A stretch of DNA of 64,000 bases from Mobula hypostoma (taxonomy: Eukaryota). The stretch spans positions 176,948,001-177,012,000 of the forward strand of contig NC_086099.1 in assembly GCF_963921235.1 (NCBI RefSeq), read 5' to 3'. The notes below the pieces were generated by a model. The model was not told the DNA's origin and did no database searches. It saw only the letters and a list, made by a program, of their open reading frames with translations. Positions 1-12,014 of the stretch are shown here, piece by piece. The stretch's first letter is position 1; every line of letters begins with the position of its first letter. Made by a program: the position numbers and the translations under genes.

Positions 1-90
1 CATACATTTCGTTTTTTTACAGTTGATGGTTAGACCAAAATCTGCACTTGTTTGTACTTGTAATAAAGTAGCAAATAGAAATGAAATATA

Positions 91-867
91 TAGTGGATTC
101 TGGTTAATTAGAACACATTGGGAACAGTACTATTTGGCCCAATTAAGTTACTGCCCCAATTAGCTGAAGCGTCATGGGAATTTTAAAAAGGTTTAAGACA
201 GACAAATTGAGTAACGAATTATGTATTTAAATTAACACAGAACAAATCAAAGCACTACCAATACTACCACAGTACTATAAAACTCTTTTAATTTCTAATA
301 TTTATTGATGGATGAATTCATCCGTCATGTTCTTTTGCCTGTAAATGAGCAAAATCAGCATAAACATCTAGTGCAGATAATGGACTGTCTTCATACAATG
401 CTGTCGATGATTGCATCCTCCAAATCTTCATGTTCATTGAAAAATTCAAGGTGATTGTCAAGACCTTCCAATTCTTCATAGTTTCCAACTTGTTGAAGTC
501 GTGAAATCATTTCACTTTTACTCACAGCCTGAATGTTTGAAACCACAGGGAGCAAAACGGGTCTGAACTGTCTTGATGCCTATTTCTTGCTAACTGTCAG
601 TGACAAAGATCACTGCTACACGCAACTGACGCTATTTAAAAACTGTTCGCTCGAAGCACGGTGCTGTGCTTTAATGGCACACAAGCGCATGCGACTGACG
701 CTAGTTGGAAACTGTTCAGCAACATTCTCCTGCCCCAATTACGTGGCATAGTGTCTCAAATAAACAAAGGAAATCCATCTATTTTCTTGATTAGTGTTTG
801 TTCTTTGAGTTGTATGAAGTAAGCAGCTGTCCAATTAACTGATGGCTCAGTTAATTGGAATCCACTG
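91..867. mobile_element. Non-autonomous Tc1/mariner (Tigger-like) DNA transposon
   Basis: Imperfect terminal inverted repeats tagtggattctggttaatt (91-) and ttaattggaatccactg (-867), with TA on both sides (89-90, 868-869). A related end sequence recurs at ~57193. Confidence 0.7.
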
Positions 868-1609
868 TACATGTAAAATTACGAGTAGAAAAGAGGAACA
901 TAAAAATGTTCGAAATGAGATATAAAGAATAGAATTGCTAATTATTTTAAATTATTGAACTTGTAATCGTTAGATGAGATGTTTTTCTCAAGCTTGCCAT
1001 TGGGCTTGAATATTGTTGGAGACTGATGACAGAGGAATCTAGGTGGGAATGTGCTGGAACTTTGAGGTTACAATTATGGATAGAACAGTGATATTGTGCC
1101 AAGTGCTCACTCTATCTACATTTGGTTTCCCGCTAGAGAGACTACATCTTGAATAGTAGGCTAAATTGGAAGTACAGGTAATTTGCAGCTTCATCTGAAT
1201 AGTGGGAGTTTTAGATAATTGGCAATAGTAATCTTAAATCTCTTTTCTAGCATTCATAATGTGCTTTTTATCCCCATTACTTAACAATGAGAAGTTTTCT
1301 CATTCTAAAATTCATCACAGCTTGAGCCAATAGATGTAATGTTATGATTTAACAATTAATTGTATTAGAGCGCTGATGTATTTTAGAATGAGTTTAGAAT
1401 GAGATTAAGATTTACACATCATTTTATAAATGCCATTTCTTGAATAATTGCTGTGTGACCTGTTGAAATCAAACTTAATATTGCTGGATGGTTGGATTTC
1501 ACAGCATTGTGTAACTGATGAGCAAGAATTTCTTTATTCAGGTTTCACTGATTAAACTTGTCTTTGTTATTTATATCTTGACATAAAGTTTTGATTTTCT
1601 TTTCTGCAG

Positions 1610-1630
1610 GTTGGTCTAGTGCTTCAGTAG
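1610..1630 (+). CDS. NMT2: Last coding exon of glycylpeptide N-tetradecanoyltransferase 2 (VGLVLQ*)
   Basis: Pyrimidine tract and acceptor ttttcttttctgcag, then GTT GGT CTA GTG CTT CAG TAG = VGLVLQ*, the conserved NMT C-terminus. NMT2 rather than NMT1 is inferred from the convergent position next to RPP38. Confidence 0.88.
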   Translation, partial: VGLVLQ

Positions 1631-3145
1631 AACATTCTACTATCTCTGTGGTAGCCTCTTCATAGAATCCCAGGGTCCAATACCATGCCTTTGATCAGTG
1701 ACAAAAGTACAAGCTCAACACAATTTAATTAAAGCAGCTAGTAGTTTCAACCATGTTTGCTTTCAACAGAATGGAGACTATTGATTATTTTTTGGGACTT
1801 CATTTTACTGTGCATTGGTGTTGATAATTCCATGGTGTTTTGTTGGAAGTTTAAGAAGTTAATTTGATAACTATTTGCAAACCGAATGTCAATTCTCATA
1901 AATAACTGAGGATTTTGTATGCACTTTGTTTTACTGAATTCCAGAGGCAGATCTGCAACTAGATTTTCACGATAAACGTGTTGCTGCTGCTTTAGATAGG
2001 GAGGAACAGGAGCCTTCTTTTGCAGAATGGCATTTAAGTATTTTGTACAAAAATGAAGTGCGCAAAAGTAAATTTTGTGAAGACTGTTAATATTATACCT
2101 AGCAGGTGTTCTTGTACTGCCAGACATCTGTATTTATTGACCAGTGTTTTATTTTAAGTTACACACACCGGAACACTGAAGGACCCATAATATGACTTAA
2201 CTAATTTTTACTTTGTTTTACGATAATACAAATTTCAGAATTTCCAGCAAAGCAGATAAATCAGAGTTCCATGTCATTCTGTTTGCGCCACAATGTTGAC
2301 AGTGCAATTTGGCTGCTCATAGTGTTCAATCAGGCTTACGTGTGAAAGAGGCTCCATTTCCTACATTTTTTTTTTCTTGTTGTACAGCTGAACAAAATTT
2401 TGTCACTTAGTTTTTAAGCTTTTTAAGATGCCACCTGGTGTGGCACAATAGCAGTGGTAAAAATGCTTGTTGTACAATTTCAGAGGGCAGAGACTGAAGT
2501 CTGGGAATTTTGATGTTTCAGCTATAAGCCTGGGCTGTAACTAATTTTTAAGTCCTTGGCAAGCCAACGCATTAATAGCTGATAAAACAGCACCTGAAGA
2601 AAACTGCTCATAGAGAATTTAAAATCAAAGTAAATCATGATGGATTCATTGCTTTTTCCTACCAAACCATTGTTCTTTCATTATAAATGAAACGTTGGGT
2701 GTTTTCTCCCCAAGTACCTGGATATTAAGTCAGGTGTGTGTTTTTTTTTAAAAAACTGCTCCTGTGAGAAAGTGACAGGCTAAATCAAAGGGAATACTTT
2801 TTTAAGGATTTGAAAGTTTTGTTGTATGTTTTTTTTTCATGAATTACATCAACAGGAAGAGTTTGGGCCTTGTCTGAGCATGTTTAGCTGTTCAGCAGCT
2901 TTAAACTTTGCCTAGTGAAATGACAGGTTGCATATAGTTTTCTTTTATTGTTATGCATGCTTCATTCAAAAGGCCCCACACTAGAAAATGTGTGCAAGAG
3001 ATTATCCAATCAGTTCTCAGTGGAAGACATTCATGGTTTCTATGTTGCCAGACAAAGAATGTACTTTTTGGTTTCCGTAATGTTTTCAGTTCAACAGCAT
3101 GACTATTTGATGTCTCAATTAATAAAAAAACATTTCAACTTTGTT
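1631..3145 (+). other. NMT2: Probable NMT2 3'UTR
   Basis: About 1.5 kb of AT-rich sequence with no recognisable transposon between the stop codon and AATAAA at 3121. The end is approximate. Confidence 0.6.
3121..3126 (+). terminator. Candidate NMT2 polyadenylation signal (alternative at 3214-3219)
   Basis: AATAAA followed by GT/T-rich downstream sequence (tgtggatgctttgtttcttt). Confidence 0.5.
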
Positions 3146-3328
3146 ACAACCTGTGGATGCTTTGTTTCTTTCAATTAATTCAGATGCCAGTAAACAGAAC
3201 TTCAGACAGTTCCAATAAATTACTTCCATTTGAATGAGTTACTTTCTCTCACCATCTAAACTTTTCAGACAGCTTTGCAGAGCACTTTATTTTCATTTGT
3301 CTATACGAGAACCAGTTTAATTGCCCCA

Positions 3329-6255
3329 GATAGAAAACCATAGAACCATAGAAACTACAGCACAGAAACAGGCCTTTTGGCCCTTCTTGGCTGTGCCAAA
3401 CCATTTTCTGCCTAGTCCCACTGACCTGCACACGCACCATATCCCTCCATACACCTCTCATCCATGTATCTGTCCAATTTATTCTTAAATGTTAAAAAAG
3501 AACCCGCATTTACCACCTCGTCTAGCAGCTCATTCCATACTCCCACCACTCTCTGTGTGAAGAAGCCCCCCCCAATGTTCCCTTTAAACTTTTCCCCCCT
3601 CACCTTTAACCCATGTCCTCTGGTTTTTTTCTCCCCTTGCCTCAGTGGAAAAAGCCTGCTTGCATTCACTCTATCTATACCCATCATAATTTTATATACC
3701 TCTATCAAATCTCCCCTCATTCTTCTACGCTCCAGGGAATGAAGTCCTAACCTATTCAACCTTTCTCTGTAACTGAGTTTCTCAAGTCCCAGCAACATCC
3801 TTGTAAACCTTCTCTGCACTCTTTCAACCTTATTTATATCCTTCCTGTAATTTGTTGACCAAAACTGAACACAATATTCCAGATTCGGCCTCATCAATGC
3901 CTTATACAACCTCATCATAACATTCCAGCTCTTATACTCAATACTTCGATTAATAAAGGCCAATGTACCAAAAGCTCTCTTTATGACCCTATCTACCTGT
4001 GACGACACTTTTAGGGAATTTTGTACCTGTATTCCCAGATCCCTCTGTTCCACTGCACTCCTCAGTGCCTTACCATTAACCCTGTATGTTCTACGTTGGT
4101 TTGTCCTTCCAACGTGCAATACCTCACACTTGTCAGTATTAAACTCCATCTGCCATTTTTCAGCCCATTTTTCCAGATGGTCCAAGTCCCTCTGCAGGCA
4201 ATGAAAACCTTCCCCACTGTATACTACACCTCCAATCTTTGTATCATCAGCAAACTTGCTGATCCAATTTACCACATTATCATCCAGATCATTGATATAG
4301 ATGACAAATAACAATGGACCCAGCACTGATCCCTGTGGCACACCACTAGTCACAGGCCTCCACTCAGAGAAGCAATTCTCTACCACCACTCTCTGGCTTC
4401 TTCCATCGAGCCAATGTCTAATCCAATTTACCACCTCTCCATGTACACTTAGCGACTGAATTTTCCTAACTAACCTCCCATGCGGGACCTTGTCAAAGGC
4501 CTTACTGAAGTCCATGTAGACAATATCCACTGCCTTCCCTTCATCCACTTTCCTGGTAACCTTCTCGAAAAACTCCAATAGATTGGTCAAACATGACCTA
4601 CCACGCACAAAGCCATGTTGACTCTGCCTAATAAGCCCCTGTCTATCCAAATGCTTGTAGATTCTGTCTCTTAGTACTCCCTCCAATAACTTACCTACTA
4701 CTGACGTTAAACTCACCGGCCTATAATTTCCCGGATTACTTTTCGATCTTTTTTTAAACAACGGAACAACATGAGCCACTCTCCAATCCTCCGGCACTTC
4801 ACCAGTAGACAGCGACATTTTAAATATTTCTGCCAGGGCCCCCGCAATTTCAACACTAGTCTCCTTCAAGGTCCGAGGGAACACTCTGTCAGGTCCTGGG
4901 GATTTATCCACTTTAATTTTCCTCAAAACAGCAAGCACCTCCTCCTTTTTAATCTGTACAGTTTCCATGGTGTCACTACTTGATTCCCTCAATTCCACAG
5001 ATTTCATGCCAGCTTCCTTAGTAAATACAGATGCAAAAAACCTATTTAAGATCTCCCCCATTTCCTTTGGTTCCGCACAAAGCCGACCACTCTGATCTTC
5101 AAGAGGACCAACTTTATCCCTTACAATCCTTTTGCTCTTAATATACTTGTAAAAGCTCTTTGGATTATCCTTCACTTTGACTGCCAAGGCAACCTCATGT
5201 CTTCTTTTAGCCCTCCTGATTTCTTTCTTAAGTATTTTCTTGCACTTCTTATACTCCTCAAGCACCTGATTTACCCCCTGTTTCCTATACATTTCATACA
5301 ACTCCCTCTTCTTTATCAGAGTTGCAATATCCCTTGAGAACCAAGGTTTCTTATTCCTATTCAATTTGCCTTTAATCCTGACAGGAACATACAAACTCTG
5401 CACTCTCAAAATTTCCCCTTTGAAGGCTTCCCACCTACCAATCACATCTTTGCCAGAGAACAACCTGTCCCAATCCACGCTTTTTAGATCCTTTCTCATT
5501 TCTTCAAATTTGGCCTTCTTCCAGTTCAGAACCTCAACCCTAGGACCAGATCTATCCTTGTCCATGATCAAATTGAAACTAATGGTGTTATGATCACTGG
5601 AACCAAAGTGCTCCCCTACACAGACTTCTGTCACTTGCCCTAATTCGTTACCTAACAGGAGATCCAATATTGCATCCCCTCTAGTTGGTCCCTCTATATA
5701 TTGATTTAGAAAACTTTCCTGAACACATTTTACAAACTCTAAACCATGTAGACCCCTAACAGTATGGGAGTCCCAATCAATGTATGGAAAATTAAAATCC
5801 CCTACCACCACAACTTTATGTTTCCTGCAGTTGCCTGCTATCTCTCTGCAGATTTGCTCTTCCAAGTTTCGTTGACTATTGGGTGGTCTGTAATACAATC
5901 CCACTAATGTGGCCATACCTTTCCTGTTTCTCAGCTCCACCCATAAGGACTCAGTAGACAAGCCCTCTAATCTGTCCTGCCTGAGCACTGCTGTAATATT
6001 GTCCCTAACAAGCAATGCTACTCCCCCACCTTTCATTCCTCCGCCTCGATCACATCTGAAACATCGGAACCCTGGAATATTAAGCTGCCAGTCCTGCCCC
6101 TCCTGTAGCCAAGTTTCACTAATTGCTACAACATCATAATTCCACGTGTTAATCCACGCCCTCAACTCATCCGCCTTCCCCGCAATACTCCTAGCATTGA
6201 AATATATACACCTCCGAAGATTTTTACCACCACTCACAACCTTTCTATCAGCGGA
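3329..6255 (-). mobile_element. CR1-clade LINE, 5'-truncated just upstream of the ORF2 endonuclease
   Basis: CR1-type 3' short-repeat tail (TTCTATGG-like units at 3329-3355), ORF2 domains present, no ORF1. The 5' boundary is approximate. Confidence 0.92.
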
Positions 6256-6303
6256 ATTGCTTAACGGATATTTTAACTGAGCTTTATAGACTAAATTGTG
6301 CAT
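3412..6303 (-). CDS. CR1 ORF2: APE endonuclease + reverse transcriptase, uninterrupted 963-aa frame
   Basis: EN motifs YFNARS, ISETW, VGDFN, SDH; RT motifs PGPD, YRPVSLTS, DFSKAFD, GVPQGSVLGP, FADD; CR1 C-terminus RRMRGDLIEVYK. The first ~16 codons appear to come from flanking DNA. Confidence 0.88.
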   Translation of the reverse strand: MHNLVYKAQLKYPLSNSADRKVVSGGKNLRRCIYFNARSIAGKADELRAWINTWNYDVVAISETWLQEGQDWQLNIPGFRCFRCDRGGGMKGGGVALLVRDNITAVLRQDRLEGLSTESLWVELRNRKGMATLVGLYYRPPNSQRNLEEQICREIAGNCRKHKVVVVGDFNFPYIDWDSHTVRGLHGLEFVKCVQESFLNQYIEGPTRGDAILDLLLGNELGQVTEVCVGEHFGSSDHNTISFNLIMDKDRSGPRVEVLNWKKAKFEEMRKDLKSVDWDRLFSGKDVIGRWEAFKGEILRVQSLYVPVRIKGKLNRNKKPWFSRDIATLIKKRELYEMYRKQGVNQVLEEYKKCKKILKKEIRRAKRRHEVALAVKVKDNPKSFYKYIKSKRIVRDKVGPLEDQSGRLCAEPKEMGEILNRFFASVFTKEAGMKSVELRESSSDTMETVQIKKEEVLAVLRKIKVDKSPGPDRVFPRTLKETSVEIAGALAEIFKMSLSTGEVPEDWRVAHVVPLFKKRSKSNPGNYRPVSLTSVVGKLLEGVLRDRIYKHLDRQGLIRQSQHGFVRGRSCLTNLLEFFEKVTRKVDEGKAVDIVYMDFSKAFDKVPHGRLVRKIQSLSVHGEVVNWIRHWLDGRSQRVVVENCFSEWRPVTSGVPQGSVLGPLLFVIYINDLDDNVVNWISKFADDTKIGGVVYSGEGFHCLQRDLDHLEKWAEKWQMEFNTDKCEVLHVGRTNQRRTYRVNGKALRSAVEQRDLGIQVQNSLKVSSQVDRVIKRAFGTLAFINRSIEYKSWNVMMRLYKALMRPNLEYCVQFWSTNYRKDINKVERVQRRFTRMLLGLEKLSYRERLNRLGLHSLERRRMRGDLIEVYKIMMGIDRVNASRLFPLRQGEKKTRGHGLKVRGEKFKGNIGGGFFTQRVVGVWNELLDEVVNAGSFLTFKNKLDRYMDERCMEGYGACAGQWD

Positions 6304-6512
6304 GTAAACTCTTAACCTTATTTCACTGGAAAGTTATAAGATTAAATTACATCAGATTTAAACCTTGATGCTCCTGCTTACGTCTCTGTAAAATGTTAAA
6401 ATTGGCTTCGGGCTGTTGTTAGCTGTACAAAATAAATTGTTGAAAGATTAAAGTAGGATAAAATGAATTAAGTAAAATAATGGAAAATACAAAAATATTT
6501 AACACCATAGGA

Positions 6513-7082
6513 TTTTAATTCCATTTTAATTTTAATTCCACATCCCATTCCCATTCTGACATGTCTGTCCACGGCCTCCTCTACTGTGGAGATGAAGCCA
6601 CACTCAGGTTGGAGGAACAACACCTTATATTCTGTCTGGGTAGCCTCCAACCTGATGGCATGAACATCGACTTCTCTAACTTCTGCTAAGGCCCCACCTC
6701 CCCCTCGTACCCCATCTGTTACTCATTTTTATGCACACATTCTTTCTCTCACTCTCCTTTTTCTCCCTCTGTCCCTCTGAATATATCTCTTGCCCATCCT
6801 CTGGGTCACCCCCCCCCCCGCCGTCTTTCTTCCCGGACCTCCTGTCCCATGATCCTCTCGTATCCCCTTTTGCCTATCACCTGTCCAGCTCTCGGCTCTA
6901 TCCCTCCCCCTCCTGTCTTCTCCTATCATTTTGGATCTCCCCCTCCCCCTCCAACTTTCAAATCCCTTACTCACTCTTCCTTCAGTTAGCCCTGACGAAG
7001 GGTCTCGGCCTGAAACGTCGACTGCACCTCTTCCTATAGATGCTGCTTGGCCTGCTGCGTTCACCAGCAACTTTGATGTATG
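6513..7082 (+). mobile_element. Penelope-like element 3' fragment (GIY-YIG C-terminus, pyrimidine-rich tract, hammerhead motif, tail)
   Basis: Translates FNSTSHSHSDMSVHGLLYCGDEATLRLEEQHLIFCLGSLQPDGMNIDFSNFC*. TSD taacaccatagga/taacaccataaga at 6500-6512 and 7083-7095. Confidence 0.85.
6987..7024 (+). ncRNA. Minimal type I hammerhead ribozyme motif
   Basis: CTGACGA 6992-6998, stem II gggt-ctcg-gcct, GAAA 7012-7015, GTC 7017-7019; stem I tagcc/gactg has one mismatch. Confidence 0.75.
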
Positions 7083-7924
7083 TAACACCATAAGAGGTGG
7101 GTTTAAAATAAAAACAAAGTTTTGGAATCAATACAATGGACAAAATATTGGGGATTATTTTAAGTGGCAAGTCATCTTAGGGGTGCGTTGGTAAAAAGAT
7201 TCTAGAGTGTAAGTTGGAACCGCAAATGTATTAGAACAAAGTACACAAGTGAGCATAAATTCTACTATTTAGTAATTTAGGAGGTGGGTAGAAGTCTGAT
7301 CAAAACCAGAACTGAGTGCAGAACCTAGACAGTTTCAACATAAGTAGCTAAAATTTATGCAACTCTTATCACCATAGAATTGCCTTTTGTTCCTTCCACC
7401 TCTCACTTTTCTCTGCAATTTAAAACTCTTCATGTCTAACTTTCCCTAGTTCTGGCCAAATGTTACATGTCAGATATCAATGCCTGTTTCTCTGCTGAAG
7501 CTGCCCGATTTGTTGAGCATATCCACCTTAAATTCCTGTGGGGAAAACAAAATCTGGAGCTGAGCAAAACCACTACAGGATCACAGGGTAACTTGTCCAA
7601 TAATATTCGAGAGAAAATAGATGAGATTGGTGGTGGTGAGTTTATGTCATTTAGAAGTCAATTTTCAATTAAGATTTTCCACTTACATGCTCAACTTCAT
7701 TGAAGCTGAGCTAATTTTTAGTGCAGGGCATTGGCTTTGGTCTTTCCCCAAGCTCAGCCCAACGAATACCAAGTAGTTCTGAATCTGATATTTGATACAC
7801 ATTGATTGTGGAATCAAAAATAATGAGCTGGCTGTATTCGGCAGACGCCAAACTTGATACTGACCTTCAAATTATGTCAATGAGAGAGATTATAGTGGGA
7901 GAGGCCAATAATAGTTTTGAGTAC

Positions 7925-8741
7925 TGTGATGAAAAACCAAGTGATCAGAAGATTGATGCTAATGAGAGAGAGATAAGTGTGACAATGGAGAAACATTCAA
8001 AATGCTAATAAGAGAGAAGAGAGAGATCAACGAGAAAGAAACACATTTCAGAATATTGACAGACCGGTTGCTTTGAACCTGAACTGTTTGAAGTTTGATG
8101 GACTGGCGATACCCCAGCAGGGGGATAAAAAGAACAGGTTTGCTAAGGCACGACACACACCATGAGATAACGAGACCCTGGAAGAGGGGTGTGCCCCCAC
8201 AAGTTGGTAGCAGTTGGAGGTCTGGTTCAAGGGAACTAACCATAGACTGACAAGGTGAAAAGGGACGATCTGCGGGAACCTGGTGTGTGTGTCCGCCCTT
8301 GCCTGGGTGCCGGGTACACTGCGGAAGAATGGTCGTATCTGGAATGGAGGGGTCACAGTCAGTGACCACATTAGACATAAAAGCGTTCGCCCGAAAGCTA
8401 ACTGCGAAGAACATCAAAGGTCTGTTTGAATCAAAATTTGCATACTCTCTCTCTCCAACGGCACAACAGCGATTACTGCGAACTGTACTAAGCTGAACTG
8501 AACTCTGCGTCACTTGAGACTGATCATTTTACCCCTAGACTGCGATAGAGCTTGGTTGATTCCTATTACCCTAGTTCTGTGTACATGTTTTATCATTGCT
8601 AACTGTTGCATTTATATCCTTACGATTAGAATACTGTGTTACTTATTTCTTTAGTAAAACTTTATTAGTTTGTGTTAAACCAGACTCCAACACGTGGTCC
8701 ATTTCTGCTGGTTTAGCAACCCAGTTACGGGGTACGTAACA
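7925..8741 (+). repeat. 5' LTR
   Basis: tgtgatgaaaaaccaag...ggggtacgtaaca; direct repeat of 12015-13016. Confidence 0.92.
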
Positions 8742-8745
8742 TAAG

Positions 8746-8764
8746 TGGGGATCTCGTCCGCGAT
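8746..8764 (+). promoter_or_regulatory. Primer binding site, tRNA-Pro type
   Basis: tggggatctcgtccgcgat, 4 nt after the LTR end, resembles TGGGGGCTCGTCCGGGAT (complement of the tRNA-Pro 3' end). Confidence 0.8.
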
Positions 8765-8840
8765 TTTGAACGCCAAATTTGGGACTGGGTAAATTGATTG
8801 GGTTAAAATTCCCGAAAGAAAGAAAGGGCAAACAGCAGAA

Positions 8841-10010
8841 ATGGAGATTGAGGAATTTCTAAAGGCGCCGACCTCGGAGGCATTAGAGGATGCCAGGAAA
8901 TCAGAATTGGCAACTGTTGCCAAACGGTTGAATCTTTTTAAGGGGAAGTTGACCATGAGGAGAGCAGAGATGCACAGAGCTATCATAGAGCATTATGTAT
9001 CTAAAGGTGTGTTTCCCCAAGGGGAGCTGGAGGTGGTATCTATGGGCAAACTTAGTGGAGAAGCAGTACAGCTGCAGATGGAAAAATTGAGACTCGAGCA
9101 TGAGTTCTGGGTAAAACAGCTGGAACGAGAAGAGAGGGACAGGCAGTTAGAACGAGAAGAGAGAATAAAACAGCTAGAACAAGAAGAGAAGCAGTTAGAA
9201 TGACAAGAGAGAGAGAAACAGAGGGAAAGGGAATTTGAGCTGGAGAAGTTAATGATGACGTTAGCACAGGGGCCCATGCCGAACCAAGGTGGAGGGTTCA
9301 GGGTGACCCAGGAGGTTAGGCTGGTTCCCCCATTTGAGGAGGCTGATGTTGATCGGTACTTTCTACATTTTGAAAAAGTTGCTGCAAGTCAGGACTGGCC
9401 GAGGGATAAGTGGGCTGTTTTGCTTCAGAGCATACTAAAAGGAAAAGCCCAGCAAGCTTACTCGGCATTGTCCGCAGCAGATGCCCAGAGGTATGATGTG
9501 GTGAAAGAGGCTATACTCAGGATTTATGAGTTGGTCCCGGAGGCATACCGACAGAGGTTCCGGAATGTGAGGAAGCAGTGGGGCCGCACGTATTTAGATC
9601 TTGCCCGTGAAATACAGATGTATTGTGAGCGTTGGTGCGCCTCGAGAGGGGTCAATGGGGATTATGACAGACTGCTACAGCTAATACTGATTGAGCAGTT
9701 TAAAGGTTGTGTCCCTGAAGGTATGAGGCCCTATCTAGATGAGAAAGAGGCAGAAACCTTAGCCGCAACTGCTAAGTTAGCAGATGAATACCTGTTAACG
9801 CACAAAGCAAAGATTGCCCCGAGTAAAAGCTACCAGAAGGGTAGTCAAGAGGGCAGAGAGAGTCCGCCAGAAAAGTCAGAGAGTAAGCCGGGGACTAGTG
9901 AGAAGGATAAGGAAGACCGGGAGCAATTTTGGTAAGAAGTCTCCTGGGGTCGTATGGTATAATTGTGGGAAAGCCGGTCACTTTGCGTCCAGGTGCTTTG
10001 CCCCAAAGAA
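8841..10010 (+). pseudogene. Gag pseudogene: coiled coil, SCAN-like capsid region, zinc knuckle
   Basis: ORFs 8841-9203 and 9252-9935 (LVPPFEE, VPEAYRQRFRN, LQLILIEQFKGCVP) and knuckle WYNCGKAGHFASRC with the first Cys replaced by Trp. Contains a stop codon and a frameshift. Confidence 0.85.
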
Positions 10011-10119
10011 GGAGACGGGGAAAGGAAAAACGACGATTCCGACTGGCTGTATTGAGCTGGCAAACAAACCGCTAGGGGAGAAGAGATCTGATAAAGTTCA
10101 GGAAGGGCGCGAGAAGTTT

Positions 10120-11916
10120 ATTTCGGCCAGATTGGTGTTGGTGAAGGAGGGGTTAAACCCGGTTCCAGTACGGATCTGGAGAGACACGGGAGCTTGTCAG
10201 TCACTGATCTTAAAGGAGTGTTTTAGACCTTAGTTCAGAGACCGAGACTGGGGCGGTCAGTGTGATAAAAGGCATTGGGAAAAGGACTGAAGCAGTACCT
10301 TTGCACCAGATACACCTAAAAAGCAACTTGGTCTCCGGACCGGTCACGATTGGGGTGAGGCCCGAACTATCGATGGAAGATGTGGAGGTCTTACTCGGTA
10401 ATGACCTCGCCGGCGGAAATGTGTACTCATCAGTAAAACTGACAAGTCAGCCTGCCAGCATTGAGGCCCCGCCCATGGACTCATAGGTTTATCCCGTTTG
10501 CACAGTGACTTGGCGTATGTCCAGGAAGACTGCCGAAGTGAAAGTAGATTTAGCTGAGACGTTTTTACCAGCCTTGTACCAGGAGGGGTTAGAAAGTGAG
10601 AAAAAGGGGCGTAGTGAAACTGAAGTTGAGGTAGACTTATCATTAGCAAGAAAGGAATTTATTCAGGGACAGGAACGAGACAAGGAGCTGATGGTTTTGA
10701 CGGAGACAGCTCTCTCTGAAGCAGAATTAAAAAGGGAGCCAGTGGGCTATTATGTGAAGGAGGGAGTACTAAGGAGGAAATGGAGACCAAGTACCGTGCC
10801 CGCAGATGAGGAATGGGGGGGTGGTGCACCAGGTGGTAGTGCCGAAAATTTACGGGGATGAGATTTTTAACCTGGCCCACAAGATACCCCTCAGTGGACA
10901 TTTTGGGGTGAGGAAGACAGTCGATAGAATTATGAAAGAGTTTTACTGGCCGAGCATGAGGGAGGATATTATTGAGTATTGTAGACGTGAGCCCACACAG
11001 TTACAGTCTATTGATATGTTAACAGCTTGCCACAATAAGCGAGCAGACCTAGTCGGTGTTATCACGAAAATTAATGAGGCTAGGGTGCCACCTGATAAGG
11101 GGAAAACCCATTTTGAAAAGGTAAGTATCCAACCGGATGGGAGAACTCTATTGTTTTGCCCAACTTTGCTGATGAGTTCTCTCACTTAACCCTCGAACAG
11201 AGCGAGCCACTGATAGAGCTAATTAACCGGCACGCAGACGTATGTCCGGATGTCCCGAGGTGATGCAAAGGGCCGGGACATGGTGTTGTTGTCACATCAG
11301 GTCAGCCTAGTAAGCAACACCCCTATAGGATGATTAATTCAGTGACAAAAGGGCTAAAGAACGCAGAAGCGTATATTGACGATTTAGTGGTCTGGAGTGA
11401 CACGTGGGAGGGGCACATTGTGGCAGTATAGGAACTGTTTAAAACGCTGTTTGAAGCCAGCCTGACACTGAACCTCGCAAAAAGTAAATTCGGCCACACG
11501 AAGGTCACTTATATGGGATTTGTGGTAGGACAGGGGCAGCTGGCTCCGATGCAGGTTAAGGTGCGGGCTATCTCTGAAGTCCCCACCCCGACACACAAGA
11601 GAGCCCTGAGAAGGTTCTTGGTGATGGTGGGGCACTATCGGAAGTTTTGCAAAAACTTTGCGGATATTACCCTCCCTCTTACTAAGCTCTTGCCAAAGAA
11701 TGTAAGTTTGTGTGGGATGACCTTTGTTATATTTGTCCGGCACGGAAACCACTGATAATTTACACTGATCACAATCCATTAGTGTTTTTGGCCACTATGA
11801 AGGATAAGAACAAAAGGTTACTAAGTTGGAGCCTGGTCTTAGAGGAATTTGGTGTTAAAATAACACATATAAAAGGAACGGACGATGTGATTGCTGATTG
11901 TCTGTCAAGGTGTTGA
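10120..11916 (+). pseudogene. Deleted pol: protease, integrase H2C2 finger, RT C-terminal half, RNase H C-terminus
   Basis: WRDTGACQSLIL (~10180); LAHKIPLSGHFGVRKT...FYWP (~10870-10950); YIDDLVVWS (~11372); YTDHNPLVFL...HIKGTDDVIADCLSR (11760-11913). No integrase DDE core seen. Confidence 0.85.
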
Positions 11917-12002
11917 AAACTTAATAGCTGATGACCCTGTATATTAGTGTGTATCTAATAATGTATTCATGCTCATAATTTTTACCCCGGTAAAAATTCT
12001 TT

Positions 12003-12014
12003 GAAGGATAGGGG
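12003..12014 (+). promoter_or_regulatory. Polypurine tract
   Basis: gaaggatagggg immediately before the TG of the 3' LTR. Confidence 0.7.

Noticed and set aside
1747-2127. 126-aa minus-strand ORF
   Set aside because: Antisense to the NMT2 3'UTR with no recognisable domain; probably a chance ORF.
7959-8513. 184-aa minus-strand ORF in the LTR
   Set aside because: The frame is not preserved in the 3' LTR copy and no domain was recognised.
8746-8764. tRNA-like sequence
   Set aside because: Only the complement of a tRNA 3' end, i.e. a PBS; no cloverleaf or A/B boxes.
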